From Stylophora pistillata (taxonomy: Eukaryota), in NCBI RefSeq assembly GCF_002571385.2, contig NW_019217815.1, positions 882,097 to 946,096 on the forward strand: 64,000 bases of DNA, written 5' to 3'. A model generated the notes under the pieces. That model searched no databases. It had not been told where the DNA came from and worked only from the letters and a program-made list of their open reading frames with translations. Of this stretch, positions 38,701 through 51,960 are shown one piece after another; the first letter of the stretch is position 1; each line of letters starts with the position of its first letter. Position numbers and translations under genes: made by a program.

Positions 38701-41700
38701 AAGTTATTTAGTTCATCATAGAGCTCTTCCACCGCGCCCTCCAACTCTTTTTCTCTCTGTTTGAGTTTTTCATTCTCTTCAATCATTTCTGTCTGAACCC
38801 TCGCCTGATTTTCCTCAAGCGCTTTGTAGTCTTTCACGAGTTGTTCGTGCTTGTGCTCTTGAACTTCAATCTCACTTTTGGTCTTTTGAACCTGAGCACG
38901 AACATCTTCATTTTCCGTAACGGTATTCCCTAATTTGTTCTCCACCTCGGTCAGGGTGTGTGATTTTTCTCGGAGTTGTTCTTGTAACAATTCCACTTCC
39001 TTTGCAAGTCTAACTACCTCTCCATTCTTTTCGCCTTTTTCCTTCTCAACGTTTATAAGCTTTTCATTTAAGCCGTTGAGATTTTGCTGCAGCCTCTTAT
39101 AGTCCTGAGCTAGTTTTTCTAAAGATTTAATTTTCTCCTCTTTCTCCTTCTTTAAAGCAGAGATGTCCTTCGAAAGTGAATCATTCTTTTGTTTGACAGA
39201 TTTCAATGATTTCTCAAGAGCCTGAGCTCTTTCCCATGATTCAGTAGCCTCGTTTTCCAAAGCTTTTTTGCGCATGTTAGTCAGTTGAAGAGCTTGTGTC
39301 AACTCCTGTCTTTCATCCTCTTGTTTTTGCAAATCTTCTCGAAGCTTCGCGCACTCTTTAGCCATTTCTTCTAGTGCGGTTTTAAAATCTTCTTCCGGTT
39401 TGTCCTTAACGTTGTTTTGGTTTGAAACCTCATCGAAAGATCGCTTCATTCTTTCCAGATCTCGTAGCAGTTCTCCATTTTCCTTGCTCATCGATTCTTG
39501 TTCTTTTTCCATGATTTCCTTCTCGGCTGAAATTGATTCAAACCAACTCTTCAGTTGCTCGTTCTCTTCGGTGCTTCGTCGAAGCTGTGCTTCTAATGAT
39601 TTATTTTCTGCGCACACTTTACTAAAGCGAACTTCAAGTTCTTCTTCCTCGTCACGTGGTCCACTTTCAAGCCAGGAATTGGCCTCGCCTGAAATAGGCA
39701 CCTCCGTACTATCATTGGACGATTCTTCGAAAGATCCCATCCCGAAAGACGTAACCATTTCATAAACATCAGAGCTGCTTTCATATTCTGAAGCCGTTGT
39801 TAACTCAGGCTCCGCCAATGTCTCCGGAATATCACTCGTGACGATTGGGCTTCCTTCGGAAAATTCTTCCTGCGAAGGCAGTTGAGTTGTTTTCAACATT
39901 TCCAACTGCTTTTTCAGTCCGTCGTTTTCTAGATGCAGGCGATTAATGACTTCGCTTTCGTCAACTTTGTTGCCTGCGTCGCTCGTTTCTTGTACGCTCT
40001 GGTCAGCTTCGGCTTGAGAGCCTGTGGCTTTTTCTTTCCATTTTGCCTCGGAAGTCCTCACCATTTGCAGCTCCTTCTTGGTTTCAATAAGTGCATCTTT
40101 CAAAGCATCTCGCTCCCCAGCCACTTTGTTAAGTGAACTCTTCAAGCTTTGGGCCTCTGCAGAAGCCTCAGTCACCGACTTACTGCTTTCATGTTGCTTA
40201 CACAACGCATCTTCCAGCTGGCATTGCAGACTCTCTTTGCTTTGATACACATTTTCCAGAGCGTCAGCTAAATTATTCTTCTGTTGTTTTATTTCCTCCA
40301 TTTGCTCCGACATTACTTCTTTTTCTTCTGTGAGTTTTGTAATAAAACTCTTAACTTGCCTCCTCTTCTCGTCAAGCTCACGAACATACTTCTGCAGCGA
40401 TAATTTCTCTGTTTGAGATGTGTCCAATTTCGTCTTAAAGTACTCCTGTTCAATTTTCATTCTTCTTAGTTCTTTCTTGAGAAGGTTGACTTCTTTCAGG
40501 ACTTTCTCCGCCAGCGAAAGTATGCTGTTACCTTGTTCGTCGAGCGATGTCGACTCTGGAGCTCCCGTACTAACTTCTTCGGACGCACTATCCTTTTCTT
40601 TATCCGTCAGGGATTCGTAGAGCTCGAATAGTTTAGCGTGAATTGATCTCATCTGCCCTTTGGATTTGTCAAGATTTTGTGCCCCAACTGAAACAGAATC
40701 AAATTCATTCTTCAAACGCTGGTAGCTTTCCTTCAGCTCGTTGAATTCCTTCTCCATTATCTCAATTTTCTTCTCTAAAGCGGCCTTCTCCTCGCTGACT
40801 TCGTCCAAAGACTCGACAAGCTCTTCTTTCTCTTCGTGTGCCTCTTGAAGACATCCTTGAAGCGTATCTGAAACTTCTTTGTTCTTTTTCAACTGATTCT
40901 TTAAAACTGTACATTCGTTTTTCAAATGTGCGACTTTTTCTCGAAGCTCATTCTCATTTTTACGGGTGTCTTCTAAATCTATCTGAATCCTCTCTTTCTC
41001 CTTTTCAACTCCAAGCACATGCTCTTGCAAACTTTGTAGCTGCTCGTCAAGTTGACGAGACCTCCTTCGTGACTCGTCCATTGCGTCCTTAGTGTCAGTG
41101 CCATTTTCGTGTGCGATGTCTTCACTCGTTTGCAGCAGAGCGTGATTTTCGCATCCGGAGAGATTTCCATTCACATCCGTATCGCGATCGTGTGTCGTTG
41201 TACTTAGTTTGTTATGGTGTGGGAGGTTAGTTGACGGTTTTCCTGGTTCTTTATCGCCATTGTTTTGTTTTATTGTGCTCTTGAGTTGATCGATTTGCAC
41301 CTGAAGGGATTCGTTCTTTTCAAGTTGATGTAATAAAGAGTCAAGCAGACAAACCTTTTCCTCCTCTAAGTTGGAGTTGTCGGATTTCAATGTTCTCATG
41401 GAATTTTCCAATTCAGTTCCTCGCTTGGTCAGGCGAAGGATTTCTTGTTTAAGGTACTCACATCGCTCCACTGAAGTTTTCCGAGTGGGTTGCATACTAG
41501 CAGCGAGGTTTTCGATGCTTTTCAACCTCAGAGAAGTTTTTTCGCCTTGCTTCGTCCGCAAAATAAGCGCCTCTCTCTTAAGATTGGTATAAATGTCTTC
41601 GATGTCTCTTTTGTCCACTTGAAGTTGCCGTATCTGTTCTCTTTGTGAATCTATTAATTCTTTACATGTTTTCATTTCACTCAAAAGGCTGTAGTTATGA

Positions 41701-43104
41701 CATTTTTCCGTTTTGCCCCTTGGGGGACATGCTTCACTGGTACTGTACACCGCTTGGATATTGATTTCGTTGAGCTTTTCGACCTCGGTACTTAAATAAT
41801 CCACGGCATCCTCAAGGGAATCCTTCCTTTCAATTTCATCCAGCACGGCTTCCAAATGATCTGCATTCTTCTTCGAAAGCTCGGCAAAGGCGTCGCGTAG
41901 TTTTTTGTTGTCAGCCTCTATGAATTGCAACCGGACCTGAAGCTCGTCTTTTTCATGGTGTATATGCTCCATTTCCTCAAAACTCGAATCCAACGCATCG
42001 GTAATTTGAACTCTCAACTTGTTCACGCTGTCTTCGAGCACTCTTTTTTCCTCCTTCAATTTGAAAGTTTCTTCCTCCATAGTTTTGTTTTCTTCCTCTA
42101 GTTCGTCCACTTCCGCCTGCAGTTCGCCTGAAAGTTTCTTCAGCTCTTCGAATTCACTGGAGAACGACGCGCCTTGGTTACTTAGCTGACCCAAAATGTT
42201 AATTTTACATTGGACCGCCTTGTCACAGGTGTTAATATCAATATGTTCCTTACTGTCGCTGTTTTCTCGACTTTGCAGTTTACTTAGAGTCGTAAGAAGA
42301 ACCTTTCTCTCTTTCTGTAAGATGGCAAGCTCATCTGAAGCGGAAAAATCCTCGTATTTGACGCCAAGTATCGATTGAATATTTGTGAGTGCTGCGAGCT
42401 CATCATCTAAAAGCCCTCGTTCGTATAATTTGTCTTGAATTATTTTCAATTGCTTCTTAAAGTTTTGAAAGTCCAATTCCAATTTATCCAGTCTGGGAAT
42501 ACCATCGTTTCCTTGTCCACCAAATTTCTCGTTGTCATCTTTGTTTCCGTTAATTTTTAACGAGTCCATGTCTTGTCTCGATCTCTCCTCATAAATCGCC
42601 TCTTGTTTCTCACTTATTTCAGCAAGTTTTGCCTCGAGTTGTTTTAAAGATAAGTTCTCTGTCTGATTTTTCTCTCGGCAAGACGAGACCCCATTCAAGC
42701 CATTGACTCCATTGTTTTGCTTCTCTTGAAGAGTCAACAGTTGGTGCACTTCTCCTAAATAACTCTCTAAAACCTTCACTTCAGCGTTCAGGTCAGATCT
42801 ACTGCCTTGTAACTTATTTACTAGCTCAGGAGAGAACAAATTTAAGTCTGTACTATCTCCTTGTGAAGTCTCAGTCTCTTTACAAACTGTTTCATGCAGA
42901 GAAACTAGCTGCGCCTGGAGTCGATTTCCTACGCTGGTCATTTGATTTGTAAGTTCTTTAAGTCTCAAGGCGCTGTTGAGGGACGAACCGTTTTCGGATA
43001 AAGTTGTAGTCGCTTGGCTTGCTTCAAGTAGATCACGTTCATTATCGGCATGTCCAGTGAGGGTGCCATTGGGGTTCTGACTTTGTTCGGCTTTTTCACG
43101 ATTG
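32745..43104 (-). CDS. Giant terminal exon (10,360 nt) of an uncharacterised very long coiled-coil protein
   Basis: Uninterrupted 3456-codon ORF with E/K/L-rich heptad composition. The listed start is a TTG inside a 3' splice site (CTAACTTGACTTGCAG|C at 43104, phase 2). Ends in a Pro/Ser/Arg-rich tail with CPLH-x11-CPIC. Confidence 0.88.
35217..35600 (-). repeat. In-frame 192-nt (64-aa) tandem duplication inside the giant exon
   Basis: EPKQDLKKTSDATSVKDIQRKLGESNEELKEKNKMISTLK...RERKQTT is followed by EPKQNLKKTSDETSIRDIQRKLRESNEELKEKNKMISTLK...RERKQTT. The GAG codons at 35600 and 35408 are 192 nt apart. Confidence 0.9.
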
Positions 43105-44672
43105 CTGCAAGTCAAGTTAGAAGAGGAGGATTATTTAATGATGAGAGTCTAAACGATACTTTTTTCATAACGTACCTCAGTTCTGATACATATAAAATGG
43201 ACACATTGGCACTGTTCTGTCGATCGACAGATAAATTTATGGGCTTGTTTTTGATGTTGGTAGTTTAGGTTCAATGCGACCAATTTTTTTATCTTTGCGA
43301 TAACAAAAAGGAAGATGAAAAATGAATATTATTTGGAGGAAGTAATGACTTGATCGAGAACAGATGAATAAAAAAAGAATGACTGGTATGGAACACAGGT
43401 ATGGTTTTTTACTTGAGATTTTGTCCGTAAATCTTGAATAAACGTAACACAAAAAAGGCATGAAATAAAAAGGAATGGTCAGCAATGAATTATCGATTTT
43501 CAGATCAGTGAGCACAGCTTGATATTTACAGATTTAACAAAATAAATCACAAAACAGAATATCAGTCTTTAAAAAAAATCGTGTTTCACTGTTTGGGATG
43601 CAACAAATTTTTCCAAGAGTAGTTTCTTTTAAAAACCTCTCTGTTCTTAAAACAGCCACGTTTATTGAATTCGCTTGCATCTCAAACGTTTTTAAGAACG
43701 ATAGCTTTGAGGTATCATGACTATGACCGTGTCGATGACATCCCAATTATTCTAATTCTGAGATTTACAAGACTTCAAACGCCTCGAGAAAAATTGTCGA
43801 TAGCAACTTTTTGGGTCTCGTGTGCTAAGCGAAGTCGTTAAACAGTGTTGCTTGGTATATTCAGTTTCTGGACGATTTCTGCTGTTCTGCTAATGCAGTT
43901 GCTACAGATCTAATATTTTTCCGGGAAATACTGTGTTGTATATGTGAAACTATGCAATTTCACATCTGATTTTTTCGTATGACCTAACGATTACCCTGAC
44001 CAGAATGTTTGTCATTCTTGCTGAGTAAAACTAAACTTCTATTAAGTCAAGATACCTTTAAATCTGTTGGGCTGTAGAGGGATATGCTTTGAAGACCTTT
44101 CTATATCACATAGACCTTACTTCGGTTTAGCAACAGTAAGACAGAGATTAAATCGAACTTGACCTCGTGTAAGTCAAGAAAGCTATCACTTCACGCAGAT
44201 ATTCGTAGTAAAGGCAGAAAGATGCAGGTGAGCTAGGAAAATTTTGTTTCGAGGAAAGAGTTTCATGATAACAAACTGCGTTGTGAAGCATGTACAAGTA
44301 GTAGAAATGTGCTGACAACAATGTCATATTTTCGTAAACTAATTACTTGAATGGAAAGCAAACTATATTAGATAAACGCGTTCACCAAAACAATAGAGTT
44401 TGCATTATCATAGTCAATCGCCCCCACATTCTTAGATAAGGTTTGCTTCGCTTGATCGACGAAGAATTATTCGAACACCTTTAGGAAACAAAGCTTTTAA
44501 GGACGAAAAATTTGTGTTGTGTTTCTTAGAAGACTCTTACACAGTGATTGATCTGAAAGAAATGATGAGAGGTGTTTTATCTATAAGGTGCTAAAACCAG
44601 TTGATCTAATACTGCCATCTAATTGGACAGGTGAACTTTGCTATTCTTGTTGAGTCTTTTTGTGGTACTTGA

Positions 44673-44965
44673 ACAGCCTCTGGTCTAACTTGTAACTGTA
44701 CCATTGTATAACACAAGAGGTTTTATTACAGCTCGATAAATTGACAGCCTCTGGTCTAACTTGTAACTGTACCATTGTATAACACAAGAGGTTTTATTAC
44801 AGCTCGATAAATTGACAGCCTCTGGTCTAACTTGTAACTGTACCATTGTATAACACAAGAGGTTTTATTACAGCTCGATAAATTGACAGCCTCTGGTCTA
44901 ACTTGTAACTGTACCATTGTATAACACAAGAGGTTTTATTACAGCTCGATAAATTGACAGCCTCT
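44673..44965. repeat. Perfect 71-bp tandem repeat, 4.1 copies
   Basis: ACAGCCTCTGGTCTAAC... starts at 44673, 44744, 44815, 44886 and 44957. Confidence 0.95.
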
Positions 44966-45242
44966 CATCACGCCTTGTTAATTAGATACATCAATTCGTT
45001 TCGTCGATCAGTATTCCTACTTGATTACTTGGAATTAAAAGTGATCCAATTTAGAAGATGAAAAGTAAGATGAAAGGACTGAGACCTTTGACACTGGACG
45101 ATCGCCTTATCAGGTTTGACATTGGTTACGTTCAAACAGTAGTCAGAAGTACTGTTGCACTGCTCGTAGAAGCAAGACGCCTGTAACTACTTCGCTTGCA
45201 CTGAAAGCGATCAGATTTGTGGGATAGTTCATTTCCAAGTCA

Positions 45243-45315
45243 CAATGAATATATAAAGTTCATATATTTTGAACTGCGGTTGTAGATACGTATGATGCAC
45301 GATCCTCGCAGTAGA
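45243..45315 (-). mobile_element. Fragment of the tRNA-containing element family
   Basis: CAATGAATATATAAAGTTCATATATTTTGAACTGCGG...GATCCTCGCAGTAGA matches 50490-50562 and 30822-30889. Confidence 0.7.
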
Positions 45316-48300
45316 GAGTTGCATAAAAACACTTCTCCCTTGCTTGTAACTTGCATGTTTCGCGTTGTTTTCAACTTTTGATTAAAGTTGTGATTCGCTC
45401 GTAAAGGTACGTAAATCGATAAGACAGTCAATAAGACTGCCGTTTCTTTTTCTAGATCCAGTCAAGCAAATGATCAACCCATCGCTAGAACAATTAGTAC
45501 TACTAAACCGAGAAAAATGGAAAAAAAATAAAAATAAAAATAATAGATTCATCAAAACTCTCACTTTAATTCCGAGCGATGGGACGTTCTGGTCTGTATT
45601 AACCACTTGCTGTAAAAGAAAACTCAGGGGTATTTATTATTTAAAGAACCAAATCAAACTGGTGGATGTGCAATAACTTTTTCAAGTTCATATTTTGTAA
45701 TCCGCAGCCATATGGTGTTTTTTATCTTATCATAGTTTCTACTAATATCATGTGGTTTCCCTCACGAGAGTAGTGACGCAAAATATTGTGACGTAGCTTC
45801 CTTAAACCGACAAATGCTCCGGTGACAAGGGCATCATAACCAGACTATTCTTTTTCACTCCCCAATGCTACAATTCTTAGACACAGCTTCAAGATTAAAG
45901 TACTTTATAAAATGTTAAGTCGCTTATGTTTATAATTTCCTCATCGATTCTTAAAATAGCAAATACAACTTTTACCAGTAGCCTACGGGCATAAATCTAG
46001 GCGCGGTCGAAGCTACTCTTTTATGGAATATTTATGATTGCATGACATGCGATTGGCTACTTATGTCAAAGTCAATTTTCCGCCCTATGCGGTGACATAA
46101 CCCATGCCGCAGGTCAGTTATAGCGGCACATCTGCCCTGGCGCCATATTGCCCAAAGGTGGTGACATTTCTGGAGTCGGAAGGCGACACATTAGGCGGCA
46201 AATTGCTCGAACATGTTCCTGCGATAAACTCCTTTGTGTACACTACTAATAAAAAAAACTTCGCTGCCACTCACTTTATTGCCGTGATCATCGCACCAAT
46301 GTAACCAGTTGATCGTGTGGTCTGATCGTCCAGATGAGGGAATTCTTAATAAGAACTGTTGTCGGTGACCTTACCCCCCCCCTCAGATAATCACACGACA
46401 CAATGAACTATTACTGCTGAGTTCAAATAATTTGACTACAAATTCATATCAGATTGACTAATAGTGTCTCAGACGCTAATAGTCTCCAAATCAAAATTCT
46501 TCATATCACACCGAGCAGATAATTGCTACCAGCTGATCCGGCGATGTGCGGCAATGCCTTGCATATCACTTCGTTTGCAAATAAATAACTTTTAGGCCCC
46601 TCTAAAATGCTTACGTGCCCCCATGAGTTGCAGTTTATTGTTCAGCAAAGTATGAATCTATTCAGTTGCTTCACAAAGATTAAGTTTGGATTTTGTAATG
46701 TGTAGTAAATTAATATTAATTAATGATTCATAATTTCGAGACAAAATTTTTTGTATACCTTGGTTCTATTTTTAGATAGTCGATGATTTCAAGAGCTAAA
46801 ATGGCATCTAACTACTATCACTAAGGTGCACATAAAAATATTGGCTTTCATATTGATATAAACGTAAACAGTTTCCATTCAATTGATCTGACGTTTAGTC
46901 TTTCACTGAAAATTGACCAGTCGGACTCTCTTTTCCCTTCATTCACGCATCACCTATCACTAGTTTACGTTCTAGTCTTAAAAACCCTGTTTTCCAAAAC
47001 CTTAACTTCAGAATTAAATGTATTACAACTGTACACAAGACATTAACGTCAATGATCACTAAACCGCCGTAATTTAGGTCGCTAAACGACATGAAATTAG
47101 TACATTTCCGGAGATATCGTTAACGATGTTGTCGTGTAAGGATAGAGAGTGTCAGATCATCTTCCCCTGGTTTACCATGTACACTATTCTCTCCGAGAGT
47201 GTTTTTCGTGCTTACAGTTCTCCAACAAAGAATTCTCGAGAAAAATGTTAACTAGAATTAAAAGGAGTAGGCCTTCACGCTCTCGGCTCTTTCACGCTTC
47301 GACAAAATCACACGAAATATTTCCGTGATTCTCAAACAATACGGTTGGTCAGATATGCCTTTGCATGAAAACTGAAATATCAACAGTATGTCTAGGAATT
47401 CTATTGACTTGTTTAGTTTGCTGTCAGGTTGCAGTTTAAAACAACATCAAGTTAACTGAAAGTTAACTTTTAAAAAGTACAACTCGTTAACTAAAAGGCA
47501 ATTGTTACGAGAANTTAGTCGTCATCATATTTTTATTGTTAAACGATTAACAATTATTTGTCTCGAGAACTTAACAATTGACTGTTAAACGTATGCAACT
47601 TTGTTTCAGGATGTAAAACGCTAAATTCCTTGTTGACAGTGTGAATGAAGAGTGCGTTTTTAAAAAACCAGTACAGACTCTTCTTGAGGGGTCGATCGAA
47701 ACCCCGTCGATATCAAGCGAATAAAAAGCCTGACGTTCCGAGTCTACTTTCGACAGCCCTGTGTTTCCAATGCCATTCAACGGTCCGTACCAAAACGGGC
47801 ATGAATTATACTATTTCGTCTTGAGATACGTTTTCAACGAGGATACTATTCATCTCTACTCATTTGTGACTCAAGAGAGATCTTCGCGCTGCATGGTTCA
47901 CCCATGAGTTCGGCATTTTTTGCATGAGAAATCTCAGTATTTTTCGCATGGAGTAAATCGTAACCGTAACTCAGCCAAAGCTTTTGCTCCAATACAACGA
48001 AAGTCTTCCCCACTAAAGGGACTCACACGCAGGATTATCTAATCTACTCTCATGACGCAGATTTCTGTTAAATAACTCAGCGAGCTAAAGTAGTGTTATA
48101 GGAGCAATAGATAGATTGCTTCTGAAAGATAATCCGCAACTTTTGAAATTTACGTCTAATCGTAACTCGGTATTCATCATAATTGTAAGCATGTAAGGTA
48201 CCTGTATAGGCGAAGATTTTTCAAATCCAGTTCTCCTCGAGCCCTGCTTTGATTCTCTTTTGTATAATTGTTACGGCGAGATCAACAGTATATGATAATA

Positions 48301-50488
48301 ATGATCACTTGTAATTATTTTAGGGTTTCGGCGGTATCACGAGGAACGTGTCTACCTTCGTGTGTCGCCTCGTTAATTAGCGCTAACAGACCGTGTCGTT
48401 TCCCTTGACAGGTTTACATTGTTCAATTCACAACGGAGAAAGTAAGTGACATAAGTGCTTTTACTGTTTTGTTTTTGAAATTTCACTTTGAAAAGCAGAC
48501 TGAATTAGCTAAGGTGTTTTTCACACCCACAGGAAACAATACACAGCCCACTTTTTTTTCCTCTCCAAGATTTACTAAATATTTTTAGTAGCTAAGCAAC
48601 TACGAACGACTCGAAGTGCATTTCACGTCAGTGGAATGTATTTTAGGCCAGCTTTCCAATATACGCGTTTATCTAAAGTGCAAATTAACGATAGAGCAAT
48701 ATTGTTTTTTTGTTCTCTTGTCATCCCTGCAAGACAAGTGCTTTCAAATAGTCATTGCAAGGTAGAGTTGACCAATCAATGCACAGTATTGTTATTACCT
48801 ACTCTTAATATACTAGTGGTTTTTGCCGCTAAAAATCTTAAGGGTCGTCAGGAAAAAGGGATAAGTAAAAGTATGTAAACTAGGACCTATGTCTGTACAA
48901 GGAGATGGAAAAAAGTGGGAAATCACTAAAAAAGATTAATGAGAACTAATATGAATGAATGTTACTTATGCCTAATCAAAGACAGTCGAATGAAAGTTGT
49001 GCGAGTGTTGTGTCTTCATACCCACAATATTGACCTTACGAAGTATCTTTGGAACATTCAATGAACTCTGGTTGAAGAAATGCGTACCCAAATAGTTACA
49101 GTTGACTCGATCAACAGTTATTATGAAAATTTTAAATATCAAATGCATTTGGTTTAAAAAGGACAAAAATGATGCGTTGTTTTTCAAAATAGGTTGACTT
49201 TTTGTTGTTGTTTATTTTCCTTCTCGGCATGATATTTATCATAACAGTCTGGATCACTCAAATCAAACTGAAAAAACACTTCCACTCTGAATTTGGTCGC
49301 CTTGATCATAAATTAAAAAAACAGTTAATCGACGGTGGTAACAGAGCAAAGTAACAAAAGAGGAAACTTCAGTTGAAAAAGAAGAAAGTGGAGTCGTAAT
49401 TGATGATATCTGAGTGTACAGAAAAATTCTTCACGGTGGATTGCGCGTTGCATGACTCAACATTTTGTGAAGACGTCTTTTTTCAAACATTTCTCACGCC
49501 CTTCTGTTTTAAGGGAGCAAGAATGGTTGTGACCTGGGTTCGATTCCCAAATTTGGCGTCCGATGATGTGGCCGGGTTGAGTTCAGCTGAAGTTGATTCA
49601 TGGTTGTCACAGGGGATCAAGAAAAAGGCAGGGAAAATTTTGTTCAAAGTCAGGGAAAAGTCATGGAATTTCACTAAGTTGGGGAAAATTTACATCTTTG
49701 AAAGAAGTCAGAGAAAAGTGAAATTTCAAGACGTTGATCTTGTCTTGGCCTAAAAGATGGTGACACTTTCCTTTTAGTGATGTCGTAGTTTCTCATGAAA
49801 ATTGTTTCTGTAGTACAGTTGACAGATCCCTGACCAGCATATCCTTTCCTTTTGTTATGCAAGTTCAAGTTAGTTTGCGAATGGAGTACACACTTCCTTT
49901 TCCTTCTAATTTCATTTTAAATTCTTTGGCAGATTTCATGGACATCATGCCCTGAAGTTGGGTTTCCAAGAAAATCAATCCTTTTACTCTGTTGCCTTAA
50001 AGGAACTATCAATTTATGTACACTACATGTGATTTGTTGAGAGAATAAATTTATACGTGGAGAGAATAGCCATGAGGGGAGGTTGGAGACTATTAGCAGG
50101 ATTCGTTTGTGAAATTGTTAATTAACTTGGTAAGGGAAATTTTATGTTTGTAAGGGAAAGTCGGGGAATGTAAAAACCTATGATTGTGGCAACCATGTTC
50201 AAGCTGCTGTATGGCATAGGTTTCTGGCACTCGATTTGCATATGTCTACTGTAATTATTTCCAACTGAATGGTCCAATAACACTTTCAATTTGCGGAGGG
50301 ATGGAAAATCGTGGCTACGTGGATAGCACGTGACATATCGTGACCATTGGGCACAACCTGATGATGCGTGTAGAACTGTAAAATATGCAAATGAAACTCT
50401 TCCCATTAAACGTTGGTGAAAATTTGCCTTACGGCAAGAAATAAATAATCATTAATTGACCACTAATTTGACCGCTGTTTTCACTACT

Positions 50489-51960
50489 ACAATGAATATA
50501 TGAAGTTCATATATTTTGAACTGCGGTATTAAATACGTGTGATGCACGATCCTTCGCAGTAGATAGCGCTATTTATGCAATAGCGAAATTCAGACCTGAA
50601 AAAAATCAGGCCTGTACGGGATTCGAACCACTGACCTCTGCGATACTAGTGCAGCGCTCTTCCAATTGAGCTAACAAGCCAACTGGGAGCAGGCCGTTAA
50701 GTTGATTATCATCACGGGTTTATTACGAATCAACTTAACGGCCTGCTCCCAGTTGGCTTGTTAGCTCAATTGGNNNNNNNNNNNNNNNNNNNNNNNNNNN
50801 NNNNNNNNNNNNNNNNNNNNNNNNNNNNNNNNNNNNNNNNNNNNNNNNNNNNNNNNNNNNNNNNNNNNNNNNNNNNNNNNNNNNNNNNNNNNNNNNNNNN
50901 NNNNNNNNNNNNNNNNNNNNNNNNNNNNNNNNNNNNNNNNNNNNNNNNNNNNNNNNNNNNNNNNNNNNNNNNNNNNNNNNNNNNNNNNNNNNNNNNNNNN
51001 NNNNNNNNNNNNNNNNNNNNNNNNNNNNNNNNNNNNNNNNNNNNNNNNNNNNNNNNNNNNNNNNNNNNNNNNNNNNNNNNNNNNNNNNNNNNNNNNNNNN
51101 NNNNNNNNNNNNNNNNNNNNNNNNNNNNNNNNNNNNNNNNNNNNNNNNNNNNNNNNNNNNNNNNNNNNNNNNNNNNNNNNNNNNNNNNNNNNNNNNNNNN
51201 NNNNNNNNNNNNNNNNNNNNNNNNNNNNNNNNNNNNNNNNNNNNNNNNNNNNNNNNNNNNNNNNNNNNNNNNNNNNNNNNNNNNNNNNNNNNNNNNNNNN
51301 NNNNNNNNNNNNNNNNNNNNNNNNNNNNNNNNNNNNNNNNNNNNNNNNNNNNNNNNNNNNNNNNNNNNNNNNNNNNNNNNNNNNNNNNNNNNNNNNNNNN
51401 NNNNNNNNNNNNNNNNNNNNNNNNNNNNNNNNNNNNNNNNNNNNNNNNNNNNNNNNNNNNNNNNNNNNNNNNNNNNNNNNNNNNNNNNNNNNNNNNNNNN
51501 NNNNNAATTTACCGCTACTCGATTGGAACCAGTTAAAATTTATGTTTTTCAAATTTTATCGTATTTCTCTTTCTTTCATAAAATAAAGTTTATTTCCAAA
51601 AGTAGCGGTGGGGAAAGGGATGAGAGGTTGGACTTCAAAGCTGCACATCACTCGTGATTTGGTTTACTGAGTGATTGCCATCCCGAAATAAGCCCCTTTC
51701 CAAATATCAAATGATTACTATTCTTGGAGGCCGAAGTTAAATTGATTATTTCTCCAATAACTTAGATTTATCATCACGGGTTTATTACGAATCAACTTAA
51801 CGGCCTGCTCCCAGTTGGCTTGTTAGCTCAATTGGTAGAGCGCTGCACTAGTATCGCAGAGGTCAGTGGTTCGAATCCCGTACAGGCCTGATTTTTTTCA
51901 GGTCTGATTTTCGCTATTGCATAAATAGCGCTATCTACTGCGAAGGATCGTGCATCATAC
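50489..51960. mobile_element. Inverted copy pair of the tRNA-containing element spanning an assembly gap; 12-bp TSD
   Basis: Left arm 50489-50705 and right arm 51769-51960 are reverse complements. GTTTTCACTACT occurs at 50477-50488 and 51961-51972. N gap at 50774-51506. Confidence 0.7.
51817..51889 (+). pseudogene. tRNA-like sequence (Thr-AGT-like) embedded in repeat
   Basis: Acceptor GGCTTGT/ACAGGCC, D-arm GCTC/GAGC, anticodon loop CT-AGT-AT, TTCGAAT loop with a mismatched T stem, and a T7 run downstream. Copies lie on the minus strand near 50609-50680 and 30936-31007. Confidence 0.6.

Noticed and set aside
32869-43268. Many + strand ORFs (Ser/Phe/Leu-rich) opposite the giant ORF
   Set aside because: Antisense shadows of E/K-rich codons, with no independent coding signal.
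50758-51657. 299-aa and 263-aa ORFs (also 4579-4782)
   Set aside because: Artefacts of N gaps and a microsatellite.
51817-51889. Functional tRNA-Thr(AGT) gene
   Set aside because: The T stem has two mismatches, there is an A-C pair in the anticodon stem, and it is embedded in a multi-copy TSD-flanked element.
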